A DNA stretch of 64,000 nucleotides, from assembly GCA_051047955.1 (NCBI GenBank), contig JBPGPT010000002.1, positions 372,001-436,000 on the forward strand, in the 5' to 3' direction. The notes below the pieces were generated by a model, which saw only the letters and a program-made list of their open reading frames with translations, did not search any database and was not told where the DNA came from. Each line of letters starts with the position of its first letter. Position 1 is the stretch's first letter. This document shows, in pieces, positions 40,101 to 53,023 of this stretch. The DNA is from Cystobasidiomycetes sp. EMM_F5. Lineage: Eukaryota. The position numbers and the translations under genes are program-made.

Positions 40101-41888
40101 CTTCTCGTGATTCCAAACGGAATCGACAAAGACGCTTCAGTGGGCAAACATACCGCTTCGGTATCAGAAACGTCATCCGAAGCTACCGTGGAAACGCCAG
40201 CCACGACGGTGCTCGATGAGGCAGAGAGCAGCCCCGAGACCCCAATTCCGCATGACTCTGTTTTGATTCGAGATCTGGAGGAAGTATCAACCATCTTTGC
40301 AGGAGGAAAGGGTGCCAGCATGGTTAGCGACGAGGAAATAGTCATGCTCGTCCAGAAGGGAAAAGTCGCTGCCTATGCATTGGAAAAGCTTCTCAAGGAT
40401 AATTTGCGGGCGGTCAAGATTCGTAGAGCACTGATCTGTAGGTCGGGTCTTTCGCTCTCCAGACGAGCCCCTGCTGATAAACTTATGCACAGCTCGAGCG
40501 TCAATCACGAAAACTCTAGAAGACTCGAAACTCCCATACTTACACTACGATTACAGTAAAGTCATCGGACAGTGCTGCGAAAATGTCGTTGGGTTCATGC
40601 CAGTGCCAGTTGGTATCGCTGGTCCGCTCAGAGTCGATAACATTGCCTACCCTATTCCAATGGCTACCAGCGAAGGCGCTCTGGTTGCTTCCACATCTCG
40701 TGGTTGCAAAGCTCTCAATGTCAGTGGAGGCGTCTCCACCTTCGTGACTGCGGACGCGATGACTCGCGGTCCAGCACTAGAATTCCCGAGTGTCATGCAA
40801 GCAGCTTCCGCGAAGAAGTGGATCGATAGCGAGGAAGGCTCCACGATCATGAAAGCCGCTTTTAACAGCACCTCACGTTTCGCACGTCTACAATCACTCA
40901 AGACCGCGATTGCCGGGCGGACCCTGTATGTGCGCTTCGCAACGCAGACTGGTGATGCAATGGGTATGAACATGATTTCCAAGGGTACTGAGCGAGCGCT
41001 CGAGACAATGGCTACGGACTACTTCCCTGACATGAAAGTGGTCGCTCTTTCTGGCAATTATTGCACAGACAAGAAACCCGCGGCAATCAATTGGATTGAA
41101 GGCAGAGGCAAATCTGTTGTTGCCGAGGGTATTGTACCAGCCAACATCGTCAAGACCATCCTTAAAACGACTGTTTCGGAGCTTGTCAAAGTCAACATCT
41201 CGAAGAACCTCGTTGGTAGCGCTCTCGCCGGCACAATGGGCGGTAATAATGCCCACGCAGCCAACATCGTTGCGGCTGTCTTCCTTGCGTGCGGGCAAGA
41301 TCCAGCGCAGGTAGTTGAGTCTGCGAATTGTATGACTTTGATGGAGGAGATGGATGGCGATCTCCATATCTCGTGCACAATGCCCAGTATTGAGGTCGGG
41401 ACCATCGGAGGAGGTGAGATTTATCTTGATAAGAGGCCGTTATTTCCTGGCTAATCCTGTGAACAAGGCACGATCCTACCGCCGCAGCACTCTATGCTGG
41501 CAATGCTCGGTGTCGCAGGACCGCATCCCAGCAATCCGGGCGAGAACGCACGGTCATTGGCCCGTATCATCTGTGCTGCAGTAATGGCAGGCGAGCTGTC
41601 ACTGATGAGTGCACTCGCACAAGGCTCGCTCGTGCAAAGTCACATGGCACTGTAGGTATTTATTTTTAATCCCTCCGTGAGCACAGCTGACGCATGATTT
41701 GCTGCAGCAATCGTTCCACTCCTGCCACTCCTGCCCCAGCGACTATGCAAATCACCGGGCATTCTTATCTCACTCCTGCTCCAAGCAGACCCGGCACACC
41801 AGCGCCTAGTCTTCCACCTTATCTACGCAAAGAAGGCAGCTATCTGTCAATAACGCCAATGAATGCATCTCCTCAAAAACATCATTAA
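37193..41888 (+). CDS. HMG1: HMG-CoA reductase (class I, sterol-sensing membrane domain plus catalytic domain)
   Basis: KRPIEVV N-terminus; [56 protein letters not shown]; catalytic SHMALNRS. Confidence 0.97.
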
Positions 41889-42504
41889 GGTACTCATTGG
41901 AGGTCGTCAGTCTGTACACGCAATCGTCTGGCTTGCAGTGGAGAGTATGCATCGCATCGCATTGCATCGTTGGCGTGTATTAGTAGTCGGGATATGCACA
42001 GTAATACAGTCAAGGACTGCACACGCGAGACAGGTCCCAATGCCCCGAATATCCTGACTCGCAGCCATACCGTACGGCCCAGAACGCAGAAATCAGACCG
42101 CATCATGTCTAAATAAGGTGTTTGTAATATTTCGGGGTACTGCAGAAATTAGTAAAGGGGTACAACGACTACCGTGCGACTACTGCCCAACCAGACCGAT
42201 TTTGAGAAAACACACTGCTTGCTCTAATTTAGCACAGCCAGCACTCATGAAAGATGACTGAAAAGAAGCGATTGGCACTGACGGACGGGAATCAGGAGTT
42301 CAGGCACTGATTGTAAATCTAGAGGAGTGTCCGTGCAGAGGAAATTAAGAGCAGAAGCAGGAGGCACTGCGGAGCGATCAGCCCTCGAGGGGTGGTGTCG
42401 GCGTGCGGAGAAAGCGAATGTTCCGAGGATGGATGGCGAGAGGGTATGATAAGCAGGTCCACAAGACTGTCACTGTACAGGAATCCAGCGATGAGGTCAC
42501 AATT

Positions 42505-45075
42505 CTAATGCTGGACGCGCTTGTTGTGCCTGCGCGAGTGCGAGTACTGCTGGAAGATGAGCGGTTCGCAAGAACCCCGTGCTGAAAGTCATCCGGTCAT
42601 GACGTCAGAAAAGGCTGCTTATGCACGGCGTAACCGTAGATACTTACCAGACAAGCGATGACCAGCGGTACACGAGAAGACGACGCAAGTACCGTTGTTG
42701 CATCCAACACCAGCGGCACCGACAAGAGCGGTACAGTCTTGGCCTTCGCCGATGGAAGAGCAACCACCGCAGTTCTCAAGCTCGTCCATGGTGTTGACGC
42801 ACTCGTATCCGCCCTCGAGCGACGAGCCGATAGGGCAGGCACTGAGACCATCTGGGCAGAATTTGCTATCCATGTTGCGGGAGTGGAAGGCAGCAGAGTA
42901 GATGAGGCTACCTTGAGCGTCACGCTTGCCGTGATTATTGCGCTTGGAATTGGTTGTGCCAGAGGGACTCATATGGCAAGTGTTTCCATCACCTGGGAAA
43001 GTTCCTAGTGGGCACTTGCAAGTCTTCGTCAACGGGTCATACTCGAGATCGCCTTTGCACTTTTTGCATTCCTGCGGTGATGGGAGTAGACAGTAAACAG
43101 CTTAGCAGGTAGTCTAGGTTTCAAACGAAAGACGGTATGAAGCAACTTACCCCATCTTGGAGGACGAAGGGGGCCTGGCATTGGCAGCTCTTTGTGACTG
43201 GATCGTACTCAAATCTGCCTCGGCATGGCTTACACTCCTGCAAAGATTGCGGATCAGTCATGTTGTTCACTTTGATCCGCGTTCATAGGACGGGCAAGAA
43301 CGAGACCTACGCCTTCCTCATTGATGACGTTGGGAGCCGGGCATGCGCAAGTCTTTGTGAGAGGATCGTATTCGAAGTTGCCGCGGCAGGGTTTGCACTC
43401 CTGCGGTTTGAATGTCTTAGCTGGTGAGGAGGTGAGAAGGGCCCTAGCCTTACGCCATTGGGCTTCAAAACATAGGGAGCAGGGCACTGGCAACTCTTAG
43501 TGATAGGATCATACTCGGTGTTTCCTCGGCAGGGTTTGCATTCCTATAAATCATGTTTCAGCCAGGCTTTCAGAGAGCTAATATTAAGGACCTTGTGACT
43601 TACGCCTTCCTCGTTGAGAACGTTGGGAGCAGGGCATTTGCAAGTCTTTGTCAAGGGATCGTATTCGAAGTTGCCGCGGCAAGGCTTGCATTCCTATGAA
43701 GCGTTTCCTGGTCAATATTCGATAATTCGGTCTGTGATGATGGCAACTTACGCCTTCTTCGTTCAGTACATTAGGCGCGGGGCACTTGCAGGTCTTCGTC
43801 ACGGGGTCGAACTCGAAACGTCCACGGCACGGCTCGCATTGCTGAAAGAGGAGAGTGTCAACGATGACGAGCTCGTGGAATAAGCGTATGAGACTGACGC
43901 CATCCTGAAGCACATAGCCGTCTTCGCATTTGTCGCACTTGTGGGTCAGAGGATTGTAGGCAGAGTGATGTTTGCAGATGCTAACACAGGTCTAGGTGAA
44001 GCAACATGTCAGCATCTGGTCCATATGGTTGATGAGACAGACAGCCTACGTGAGATTCACTGCAGTATTCGGTACCCTCTGAGCAAGGTTTGCATTTCTG
44101 AGAAGGATGTGAGGCCAATAAGCGTGACGAATGTGTGATTATATGGTAGCTTACGTCTCCAACACGGATGTATGGCTCTTCGCAGTCAGAGCAGGTTCCA
44201 GTGCGAGGGTTGTACTTCTTATGGTCAGTGCAGACAGGAATGCAGGTCTGTCGATATGAAGGATATGACGGAGGTCTAGCTGTCAGCGGTGCGATTGACA
44301 TTTCAGGTTCAACTAGCGAAATACATACGTTGGTATCGGTGCATAACTCTGTACCGCTTGGGCATACGCATTTTCCATTTGGCTTGGTGATACTTCCGTT
44401 GGGGCAGTCGGGTATGCATGTCTGCAAGGAGCGATGAAGGGTGACGATGCATCAGTAAGCACTTGTATCACGTGGTCAAGCACGTCTACCTACATATCCA
44501 TCAGCCTTGTAGCCTCGGTCGCACTCGCACTTTCCTTTGCTCAGAGAGAAGGCACCGTGATCTCCGCAATCGGGTGTACAGTATGTTTTGCAGTCGGCGA
44601 GGATCCAGTCACCTTGGCACTTGCAGTCGTCCTTATTTTGTACCATTCCGTCTGCAGTGCGATGAGAACGCTTAGCGGAAATCGTAAAGGAACGTACTGT
44701 TACGACTCACAATTGCATTCAAGTTTGCAGCCTTCGGGCTCGCAGACGCCACGACCGACGTTTGACCCTGAACGAGGATCCCTGCATGTGTTCTGACCTG
44801 ACCTGGCATACTGGTTGCAACTGGGAAAAAGGCATGAATAGGGTTCAGATCATGTCGAGAACTGACTAGATTGATGCAAACACATACCCGCATTGACCAG
44901 ACGAAGGAGTGTGACACAGCAATTGACCAGCTGGACATCCCATCAGGCGTCCTTGGTGACGCTTGTCGAGAAGGTCCGAGCCACCGGCTGCGTAACGGGC
45001 GAGGAGGGGTTCGGTTGCGGAACGGGCGGCGACGGAGGCCACCAGCCCAGCGAGGGCGATGAAGAACGTATGCAT
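42505..45075 (-). CDS. Secreted Cys-rich repeat protein with C-terminal PriA/CPL1 (CFL1/SIGC-like) domain
   Basis: Signal peptide [20 protein letters not shown]-like Cys exons; tandem ~30-aa repeats; C-terminal [10 protein letters not shown]...[16 protein letters not shown]...GQDCTAL.GA..V.C..GTC.V.SC. Confidence 0.85.
42985..43841 (-). repeat. Six tandem Cys-rich coding repeats, one per exon (ECKPCRGxxEYDPxTKxCxCPAPxVLxxxG)
   Basis: Exons 43752-43841, 43604-43693, 43454-43543 and 43311-43400 (90 nt each), 43151-43237 (87 nt), and the start of the exon beginning at 43071. Confidence 0.9.
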
Positions 45076-46160
45076 TGATGTTTATTCGAGTACTTCAGTA
45101 TGCAATGGCTGATAATGACAGTGGGCGATGGTGGATGTTTTCGATGTTTTTGACGAGGTTGTGCAGTCAGATTTGACAAGGGAACGTGGTGAAAAAAAAC
45201 CGAGGGTTTCGGACGAGGGAGAGGAGGAAGGTGAGCGTGAGGAGGGTGTACAGCGTGGGTACGTGTGTGTGGTCGCCGTGCACCTCCCTTTGGTGCGATG
45301 GGCGTAGGCTGAAATGAATGGGAATGAACGAAAAAGGGCAGACCACTCCCAACAACACGGCGCCAGGAATCGGCCATCATGGGGAGTCTGCGCGGATCTC
45401 AGCTCGACCTTCTCGCTTTGGGCCGTCTCTGACTACGCCGCAACCCTGCTTTTCGCACCCTGTTTAGCGCCCGCTCCAAGACCGTCAACGTCTGCGATGG
45501 TCTGTGGAAGGTCTGAGCTCGGTTGACGTGGTGATGATGTCGCGATGTTTGGAGTGAGCGCGCTTGTAACCTAGCATTCCATTTACAGCACTGGGCTTGG
45601 GTGCCAACTTCCCCTCACTCTGCGCAGTAAGAGGCCCGTGGTCAGCTATTAGTGCATTCAATCAGCGCGCACACTTGTCTCCGCATCAGCATCAGCAACA
45701 TCAGCACTCCTGTCTTCGTAATCAGCTCCCGTTTGCTGGCTGGGTTTCAGCATGTCAAGCCTCAGCCAGCTGCAGTCGACCGCCCTTGAGCAGTTGCAAT
45801 TTGCAAACATTGACGCTTTGACCCCGTTTCACCGGCACGCGTCGTCTTCGGTTGGAAATGTTGTGAGCAAGGGGGAGGTCAGCGACTTGGAAATGGCCGA
45901 GTGAGAGCAAGAAAGCAAAAGGCGTGAGATGCAAATTAGACATGGTTCGAAAGATGCTCTCTGCAAATTCATCGACTAAAGCAGTCACATATTCCCAATG
46001 CATTCCGCAAAAAAACAAATCTACACATCATACTTAGCGGAGCGTCATCAGGCTGTATCCAGCTATGCAGCTACAGTCCAGCCGGCGCGGACATTGGTCG
46101 CGTACAGCTAGGTACATCCGTTGACGCACTGCAAACCTCCAAACCCATCTCACTACAAGA

Positions 46161-47533
46161 CTAGTGCGAAGGCGGGTTGTATTGCAGCTTGCGTGTCTTG
46201 ATACCTGCCCACTTGAAGCGCTTGACGGCGATGGACAGTACGAAAAGGGTAGAGAGAATGACTACAGCTTGCATGCCCATCCTAACGTAGATTGAATATG
46301 ACACCGCAGTCAGATTCACGTTCGCACAGTACGCCTATTGAATGGCCAGACTCACTTCTTTCGCTCATCGAGCTCAGGCTCGGCCGCCCAGCTGAGGAAA
46401 GTGACAACATCCTTGGCCATCTGGGTAGTGGTAGCAGGTGTGCCATCTGCATATTCGACGAGTCCGTCGTACAAGACACGTTGCATCGAAATGGCAGTGC
46501 CAGGGAAGTAGGCATTGAAGACCTGCGGCTCAGCAACAACTTTGCCAGCGGGAGCATCAGAGTATCCAGTCAGGAGAGCGAAAATGTAGTCCTGGCAAGG
46601 GTTACACATAATTCAGTCGAGACCGAGACATTGTAATATTCAGCTGGCTTACGGCAGCTCCGTGTCTGGCCTTGACCATGAGTGAAAGATCGGGTGGGAG
46701 AGCACCGGCATTTCCAGCCCGGGCAGCCTCGTCATTCTTGTATGGTCTTGGCATATGGTCAGCGAGCTTGCCAGGTCGTTGAAACATTTCTCCGTCGTCT
46801 CCTGGACCGTCCTCGTATTCTACCTCCTCGGCCATGGCCTTGACTTCATCTACGGTGTGCGACACGCCGACCAAGTTTCTCCAGGCAATGCGATCCAGAG
46901 AGTGACATGTGGAGCATACCTCTCGGTAAACCTGGTATCCACGACGAATGCTGCATCGTATCAATCGCTACTTAGCCATGTCTGCGTCTCGCAATCCCAC
47001 AGACGTCGGCTCACCTAGAGTGATCATACGCGTTGAGCGGTCCATAGTGCGACCAGGGGTAGCTTGGAGGATGCAGGCCTTCTTCGGCAGCAGTCATAGC
47101 CTTTGCTTTGGTGAGCATTGGGAAGCCATATTGATGCGAGTACCAGGCGATGCTTCCGGCGGAAATGAGGGAAGCGGCAGCCAAAGAGCTCTTGGACGAT
47201 AGGAAGGCCGCAGTCTGTCACCAAGCAGCGTAAGATGCCAGGCCACGAGATGGCGATGGTCGAGGCCAGTGGTCCGGTGGAGAAAAGCGAGCGGTGAGCG
47301 CAAAGATCGGGTTGGCCAGCCAGCGTCGAGCAGCATCGAATAGTCATACATTGAGTCAAACAAGTATGCAACATCAGCCTGACCACACACAAAACTCCTC
47401 ATTATCCAGGATTTGTATCACCTACCCGGCTCGATCCATTCGCAGCCGTCGTACTAGCCAGCCTGCTCGTGCCAGCAGCTGGGGCTGTCTTTGTCGCCTG
47501 CGCGAAGCCTCGCAGTGCTGTGCGTCCCAGCAT
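46161..47533 (-). CDS. CYT1: Cytochrome c1
   Basis: Presequence [45 protein letters not shown] (CxxCH); [23 protein letters not shown]. Confidence 0.96.
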
Positions 47534-47960
47534 TGCTCTGCAGTATGTGGTGCTGGCTCTGTCCTTGTTCAGAATCGCAAGTCCGAAAAGAAGTTGGGCA
47601 GTTTCGAGCTGCGAGGCAGAGAGCCAATCGGATCAGGCCGTATGCGACCAAAGTGTCAAAATCACGGTCTTCGAAAGATACAATACACTGAAACTACCAC
47701 TATGCAGCAAGTGATGCGCGTACATGTAGTTTGGGAAAGGCTATAGCTACATATAGAAGCCCAGAAAATCCATCTATGAAAAACTGCTCAATACCCAATT
47801 ATAGGCGTTCACATCCATGATTCGACTGAAATTTCGCACCTGAGCTCGGAATAGAGTACTTGACACTAAACCACAGCACACAATATATCGACTGATGACT
47901 GTTGAAGACTCCAAACCAAGTATCCCGGCGAGCGGAGAAAATATGGAAGGAAGACGAGGG

Positions 47961-50460
47961 CTACCTCGAGTAGGCTTTCCATCGAGCGAGTTCGTTGCGG
48001 ATCGCTGCAATCCGCTCTTCGTCTGCTGGATGGGTCTTGATGAAAGAATGTGTCTCGCCAGAATGACCTCGGATGAGGTCTTTGTTTGAATGCTGTACGC
48101 CACTATCGTTATTATGAGCGTGCCCATCTACGCCAGACGAAACATCGTCCCTTTGCAATCGCTCCTCCCAGAATCGTATGGCTGCGTGCGGGTCTATTCC
48201 TGCATTGGCCAGAAGCCGCAGTGCGACCAGATCAGCCTCCGACTCCATCTGACGAGATTCGCACGAAGAAGTCAAAGCTGGTAAAAGACCCCCAGTCTCG
48301 TCGATGCCGACCTTGACAGTAGCACTAATGGCATCCTGAACGAATGGACCTAGTAGGGCTGTTACAGGATAGATGAAGACTCGCAACACTGTAGAACCGA
48401 TCTTAGTATACTATGTCTCCTTGCTGGAATGAGGACTCACTGTCCCAGCCTAATTTCTCAAGTTGTGGCCAGAGCAGCGTTGTGGAAGCGTAGCTCTCAA
48501 TGGTGTGTGACAGGACTAAATGCGACAGTTCATGCGACAGTAACACGGCAAGGGCATCTTCTTGTTCTTTCGTCACGACGATTTGCGGTGGGGTACCCTT
48601 CTTAGGAGGTTGCGGTCGCGATGCTGGTACGATACCCTGAAAGAAAGCAAGAAGCCAGTTCGGCTCTACTTGTGAAGCATGATCACTGTGCTTATCGGTA
48701 GTGGGAATGTGATGATAATCTGCAAGCGCTGCTTTCTCTTGCTGTCCAGTCTGCATGATCTGATCGATAGCGCCGGTGAAAACGATAATGACGCCGGGTT
48801 CAGGAGCATCAGTGGCGCCATAGAAGCCGAAGCTGAAAGCGTTGGCTTCTGGGCGCTCGACAACCAGGACAGCATTATGCTGATCTGTATTCCGCGAGCG
48901 GTTCGAAGAGCCTAGGACAATGCGGACAGGAGGAGCTTGGAGACCAGCTACAGGTTCGACGCTGCTGTCATTTCCCAACAAACGGACGCCGGCTTCGATC
49001 TTGCTTAGTACAGTCTCTACGAACTGTACACGCCAATCTATCTCCCTGTCGAGGACTCTGCCGCCCAGCAACGTATTGGGCGCAGCGGCTTCTTCGCCTA
49101 GAACGGCGCGCATGATAGAGACCCAGTCGCGCGTCGCGACAGCGTTGTCAGCAGTGGTCGAGGAGGCACGAGTGACCTCTCCAGCATCAAGCACTTTGGT
49201 GATGATTTCTTTCTCCTCTTGAGAGTTGAGGAGGATCAAGCGCCATCGCCCGGTGATGGGCGTCCTCTCCAAGCTGGCAAGAAGCACTGCTCCTAGCAAT
49301 ACGAACGGCAACGCCAGCGAGCCTCGTAGGAAATACTTGAGGAGCGTCTGTGGCCATGAGCTCTGAGCAACCACAGCGCCAGCCGCTAGCTGTGCTAGTC
49401 GTGCACGCCGCAGCCAGTGAGCACGCTTGAGCGAGATGGGAATCAAAGAAACGCTGATCCTGAAGAGAAGATTGATATACGATAGTGCGCTTGCAGATTT
49501 CAGTAAATTGATTATTGCATGTGCCGCGACAAGCACGTTCGGGTTCCGCCTTCTGGACGTAGTGTGAAAGCCAGCAGCCGACTGCGAAGTAAGAGACAGC
49601 TGCCTTGGTGAAGAAAGGTACGGCAAGCTACGCTGAGCCAAGAATGCGGGTGCATAAAACGGTCCAGATCGAAAAATCTGAGACCGCAAGCCAGGATTGT
49701 ACGTATATGGGTGCGAGTAATGTGGGGAGCTGTGAGCCTCAACGGCGTACTGATGCGGGGCAATGACATTCTGAGCAACTGGCGCTGATGCTTGGCCAGC
49801 CAGACGACCGCTGCTGTGTTGCAGGTATCGAGAAGTGATGGCCATTCTACCGGGGATGAGACCATGCGCGCTTCGACGCTGAGCCCGGTATCGATAACGC
49901 GCCGAAGACCGATATCGGAACATGCGCATACGTGCCTGCTCCTTCATCTGTTCATAATTGCGCCTCCCGGCAGTCTCTTCTTTTGATACAGCGTCTGCTA
50001 CACTCGTGCTTGTTCGCTGTGGACAGTATCGCCCTTGGTTTGCAAGTCGCTTCGGGCAGTTCTGAGAATGCCATTGCGAGTGATTGGCTATATGAGCTTC
50101 GAGCAGCGTCATCTTCATGCTGCGTCCCCCAGGACAAGGCATCGCATTGTGCATACGAGGCTTGCATTTCGGATGAGGTTTGTGGATGCACTTGCGCTCG
50201 ATGCGCAGCTGTGGCTCGAAATCCAGAATACCACGGGTCCTCCGTTGACGAAAGAGATAACCGCCAGTCTGCTGGGCATTGCGACCGGCCGCAGAGCTGA
50301 AGGCCTGGCGGGCGAACCATGCAGGACCCCGAGGATGTCCGTAACTTTGCTGAGTTCTATGCAATGTCCGCCTCAGATCTGCTTGTCGTCGAGCCTGTTC
50401 GCCAGCTTTTGCGAAAGCTGTCCGGACGGATTGCAGGGTGCGCCAAGCGGTACTCGACAT
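47961..50460 (-). CDS. OMA1: Oma1-like mitochondrial M48 metallopeptidase
   Basis: LERTPITGRWRL, PEANAF, HELSH (HExxH), ESEAD and THPADEERI; Arg-rich N-terminus; intron near 48390-48440. Confidence 0.85.
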
Positions 50461-50907
50461 CTTGACGGCGCTGTTGCAGTCCTTCTGCCGCTCGCGCCAG
50501 TCGTTGTTGACCTAGTTCTGGAATCCCGAACTACGAACCAGCGGATCACATGCAGACGTGGAACGTTGCCCGTTATCGGATAGTCGCGGGTCCCGATGCA
50601 CTGCTTCAGCTCCAGCAGTATGGTGCGCAGACGTGCTGAATATGCATGCTGGCAGTTCTTTATTGTAGCCTGAGTTGCGATTTGGGCGGAATCTGAAGGA
50701 TGCCGGACCACTCGCAAGGTACAAATGGCCCAAAACTGTCAAGTACCATCGTTACAACAAGCATGCCGCAGATATTATCCTTGTTTGCTGTATGCTATAT
50801 CATTGAGGCCTTAAACCACAATCCACACGCCTTGAGCTATCTCTAGGCCCGAATGCTAGTGAAATCCTGAAAAGAAAAGTGTCTGACATTCGCCAATCCC
50901 GTACTGC

Positions 50908-52201
50908 TCAATGCTGCATCGGCGTCAAAGGTCGTCCTATGAATGCAAGCGCAAGAACCTGAAAGTTGTGCGCGTCTGACACAGGAGGTTGTAGTGCAAC
51001 TGCAAGCGTGATATTGTGCAAGACATGATGTCTGACCTGGGTGTAACCGCATGGACTCCGTTGCGGAGCAGGAATATCTTGCTCGGCACTGGCAGTCATG
51101 TGTATCTGGGAATCCGTTCCCGCCTTCAGGTCAGGTGCAGCGGCGTCCGTTTTGTAGTACTGCGGGTTATGATAGAAATGGCCAGCTGGAAATACACAGT
51201 CATGCCGGTCATCATACAGCTGCAGCGGATGGACTTGCAGGTCGTCTTCTTGCTTCGACGTTCTGTCGGTGGGCGAAGAGACGATAATGCCATCGCGACA
51301 TTCCGCTTCGCTTGTGGAGCTGGATCCCGATGTACGGGACGAAAGTTCTGACCAGGCCGACGAGGACGCAGATGACCACTCCATCGTATCGATATGACTC
51401 GGTGAGGAGGATGGAGTAGAAGATGTAGTCGAGAACCATTCCTCAAGCAGTTGATATGAATCGTCTGCGTCGCCCTTCGCCACCGTGACCTTTACGGTAT
51501 TGTCCGGAATTGCAGGCACATTGGCTGCAGTACGTGGTGGAGAACACTCGACGGGATCGGCACATTCCATACGCTCTTGCGCAGTCTTGAGCACCCTCTG
51601 AAGGCGAACGATCTCGTTTTGCTGCATAAAAGCAAGGTGCGCCTGATGCTTCCGTTGCCTTTCAGCTTCCATAAGTTGCTTGAAGTAATCCGAGATTTCG
51701 TCAGCAATTACCTAGCTCATATTACGCGTTGGTGCTCACTAGTTCGCGTCTCTCCCGCGATGCCCTTTGGTTCGCACGATTCTGCGCTCTTCTTTTTTCC
51801 GTCGGGAGACGGAGGCGCTTCTTCGTCGGAGACGACTTGCCAGCACCCGTATGTGTGCGGCTGGTGAACACGAGACGCACCTCATCTTGAATGTCGACGG
51901 ACGATTTGGAAGCCGCGACGCCATCGCTCTTGACGCGAAGCAATGGCCGCCGAAATGGGGTTGAGGTGTCGCAAACACGCTGTACTGCTGATGTCCCTTG
52001 CTGTGAGCTCAAGCTATTTTCAAAGCTAGACGGGTTATTTGCTCGTGCGGACATGATGGCCAAGCCTCGTCTCGCTGCAAGAGCACTGTCCATCCGCAGC
52101 GTGATGGTATTGCGACGCGACGGATCAGTTGCGAGCATTCGCTGTTGAGACTCTGTTGGCGCAATGCTGTCGCCTGAAGAGGAGGCATGGAGGATAACCA
52201 T
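50908..52201 (-). CDS. bZIP-type transcription factor
   Basis: Basic region EKRRAQNRANQRASRERRE, then an intron and a coiled coil (MEAERQ...EIVRLQRVLKTAQE). Confidence 0.7.
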
Positions 52202-53023
52202 TCCGATAGCCGTTTATATCAGCACGTGCTTGCTGATCAGCTCGGGTCATAAGATCCTTGGTCGTAGTGGTGTATCAGTCAAATTCAACGAACGTTGCAA
52301 GGGAACGAAGGTAAGTGGGTTGTGTAGCAGCGTAGACTGGCCAGCTCTTGCAGGAGACGATGTGAACACTACCGCGGCTGTTCATTCAGCAGGCATATGC
52401 AAAATTAAGCGGCGAGATTTCGTCCGCCAAAGACTAGATGCATAGACGCCGCTTGGGCCCGGCTATCAGTGACAGCAGACACTCCCCATTCTGTCAGGCA
52501 GACTGTTTCCCGCGGTATCTGAAGATAACGGGCTTCGAGTGATGTGTTTTAGCTCGGAAGTCTTTTCCATAGGAGATTTGCCAATCTTCTGAGGATCTTT
52601 TGCAGCAGTAACGCTGGTGCCCATTTCTGCGCTGCATTTGGTTTTCGATTTTCGCAGGCATTTCGAAGCGAATGCAGATTTTCGAAGACGCGGATCCGGA
52701 ACCGCAAAGGCTTCTCAACCTGGCGCTGGGCGGTTGCTTCAGCGAGAATGCACCAAATGTGCGCAGCTGCGGGAAGAGTCCCAAGGATCCAGAAGGTTAC
52801 AGTTAGCTAACAGATCACGCATGCAAGGTCGCGACGGGTCGCGTTGGACTTGGTCCTCGTCGCAAATACTAATGTGGGTCCGCAGACCGGGAGGGCGAAC
52901 GTTTCTCAAAACAGGGTTATCGAATGCTAGAGGTAATGCGACAAAAAGATGACCAGCTACTGTGGCTTTACTAACAAATGCTTACTGCCCTTAATTTATC
53001 CATCCCACTCCCCACCTTCAAAG

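Noticed and set aside
43100..43850. Regularly spaced DNA repeats resembling a CRISPR array
   Set aside because: The repeats are coding exons diverged at synonymous sites, the spacers are GT-AG introns, the context is eukaryotic and there are no cas genes.
47375..47410. C/D-box snoRNA in CYT1 intron 1 (ATGAGGA...CTGA)
   Set aside because: The boxes are only ~25 nt apart, there is no terminal stem, and the CTGA doubles as the likely branch site.
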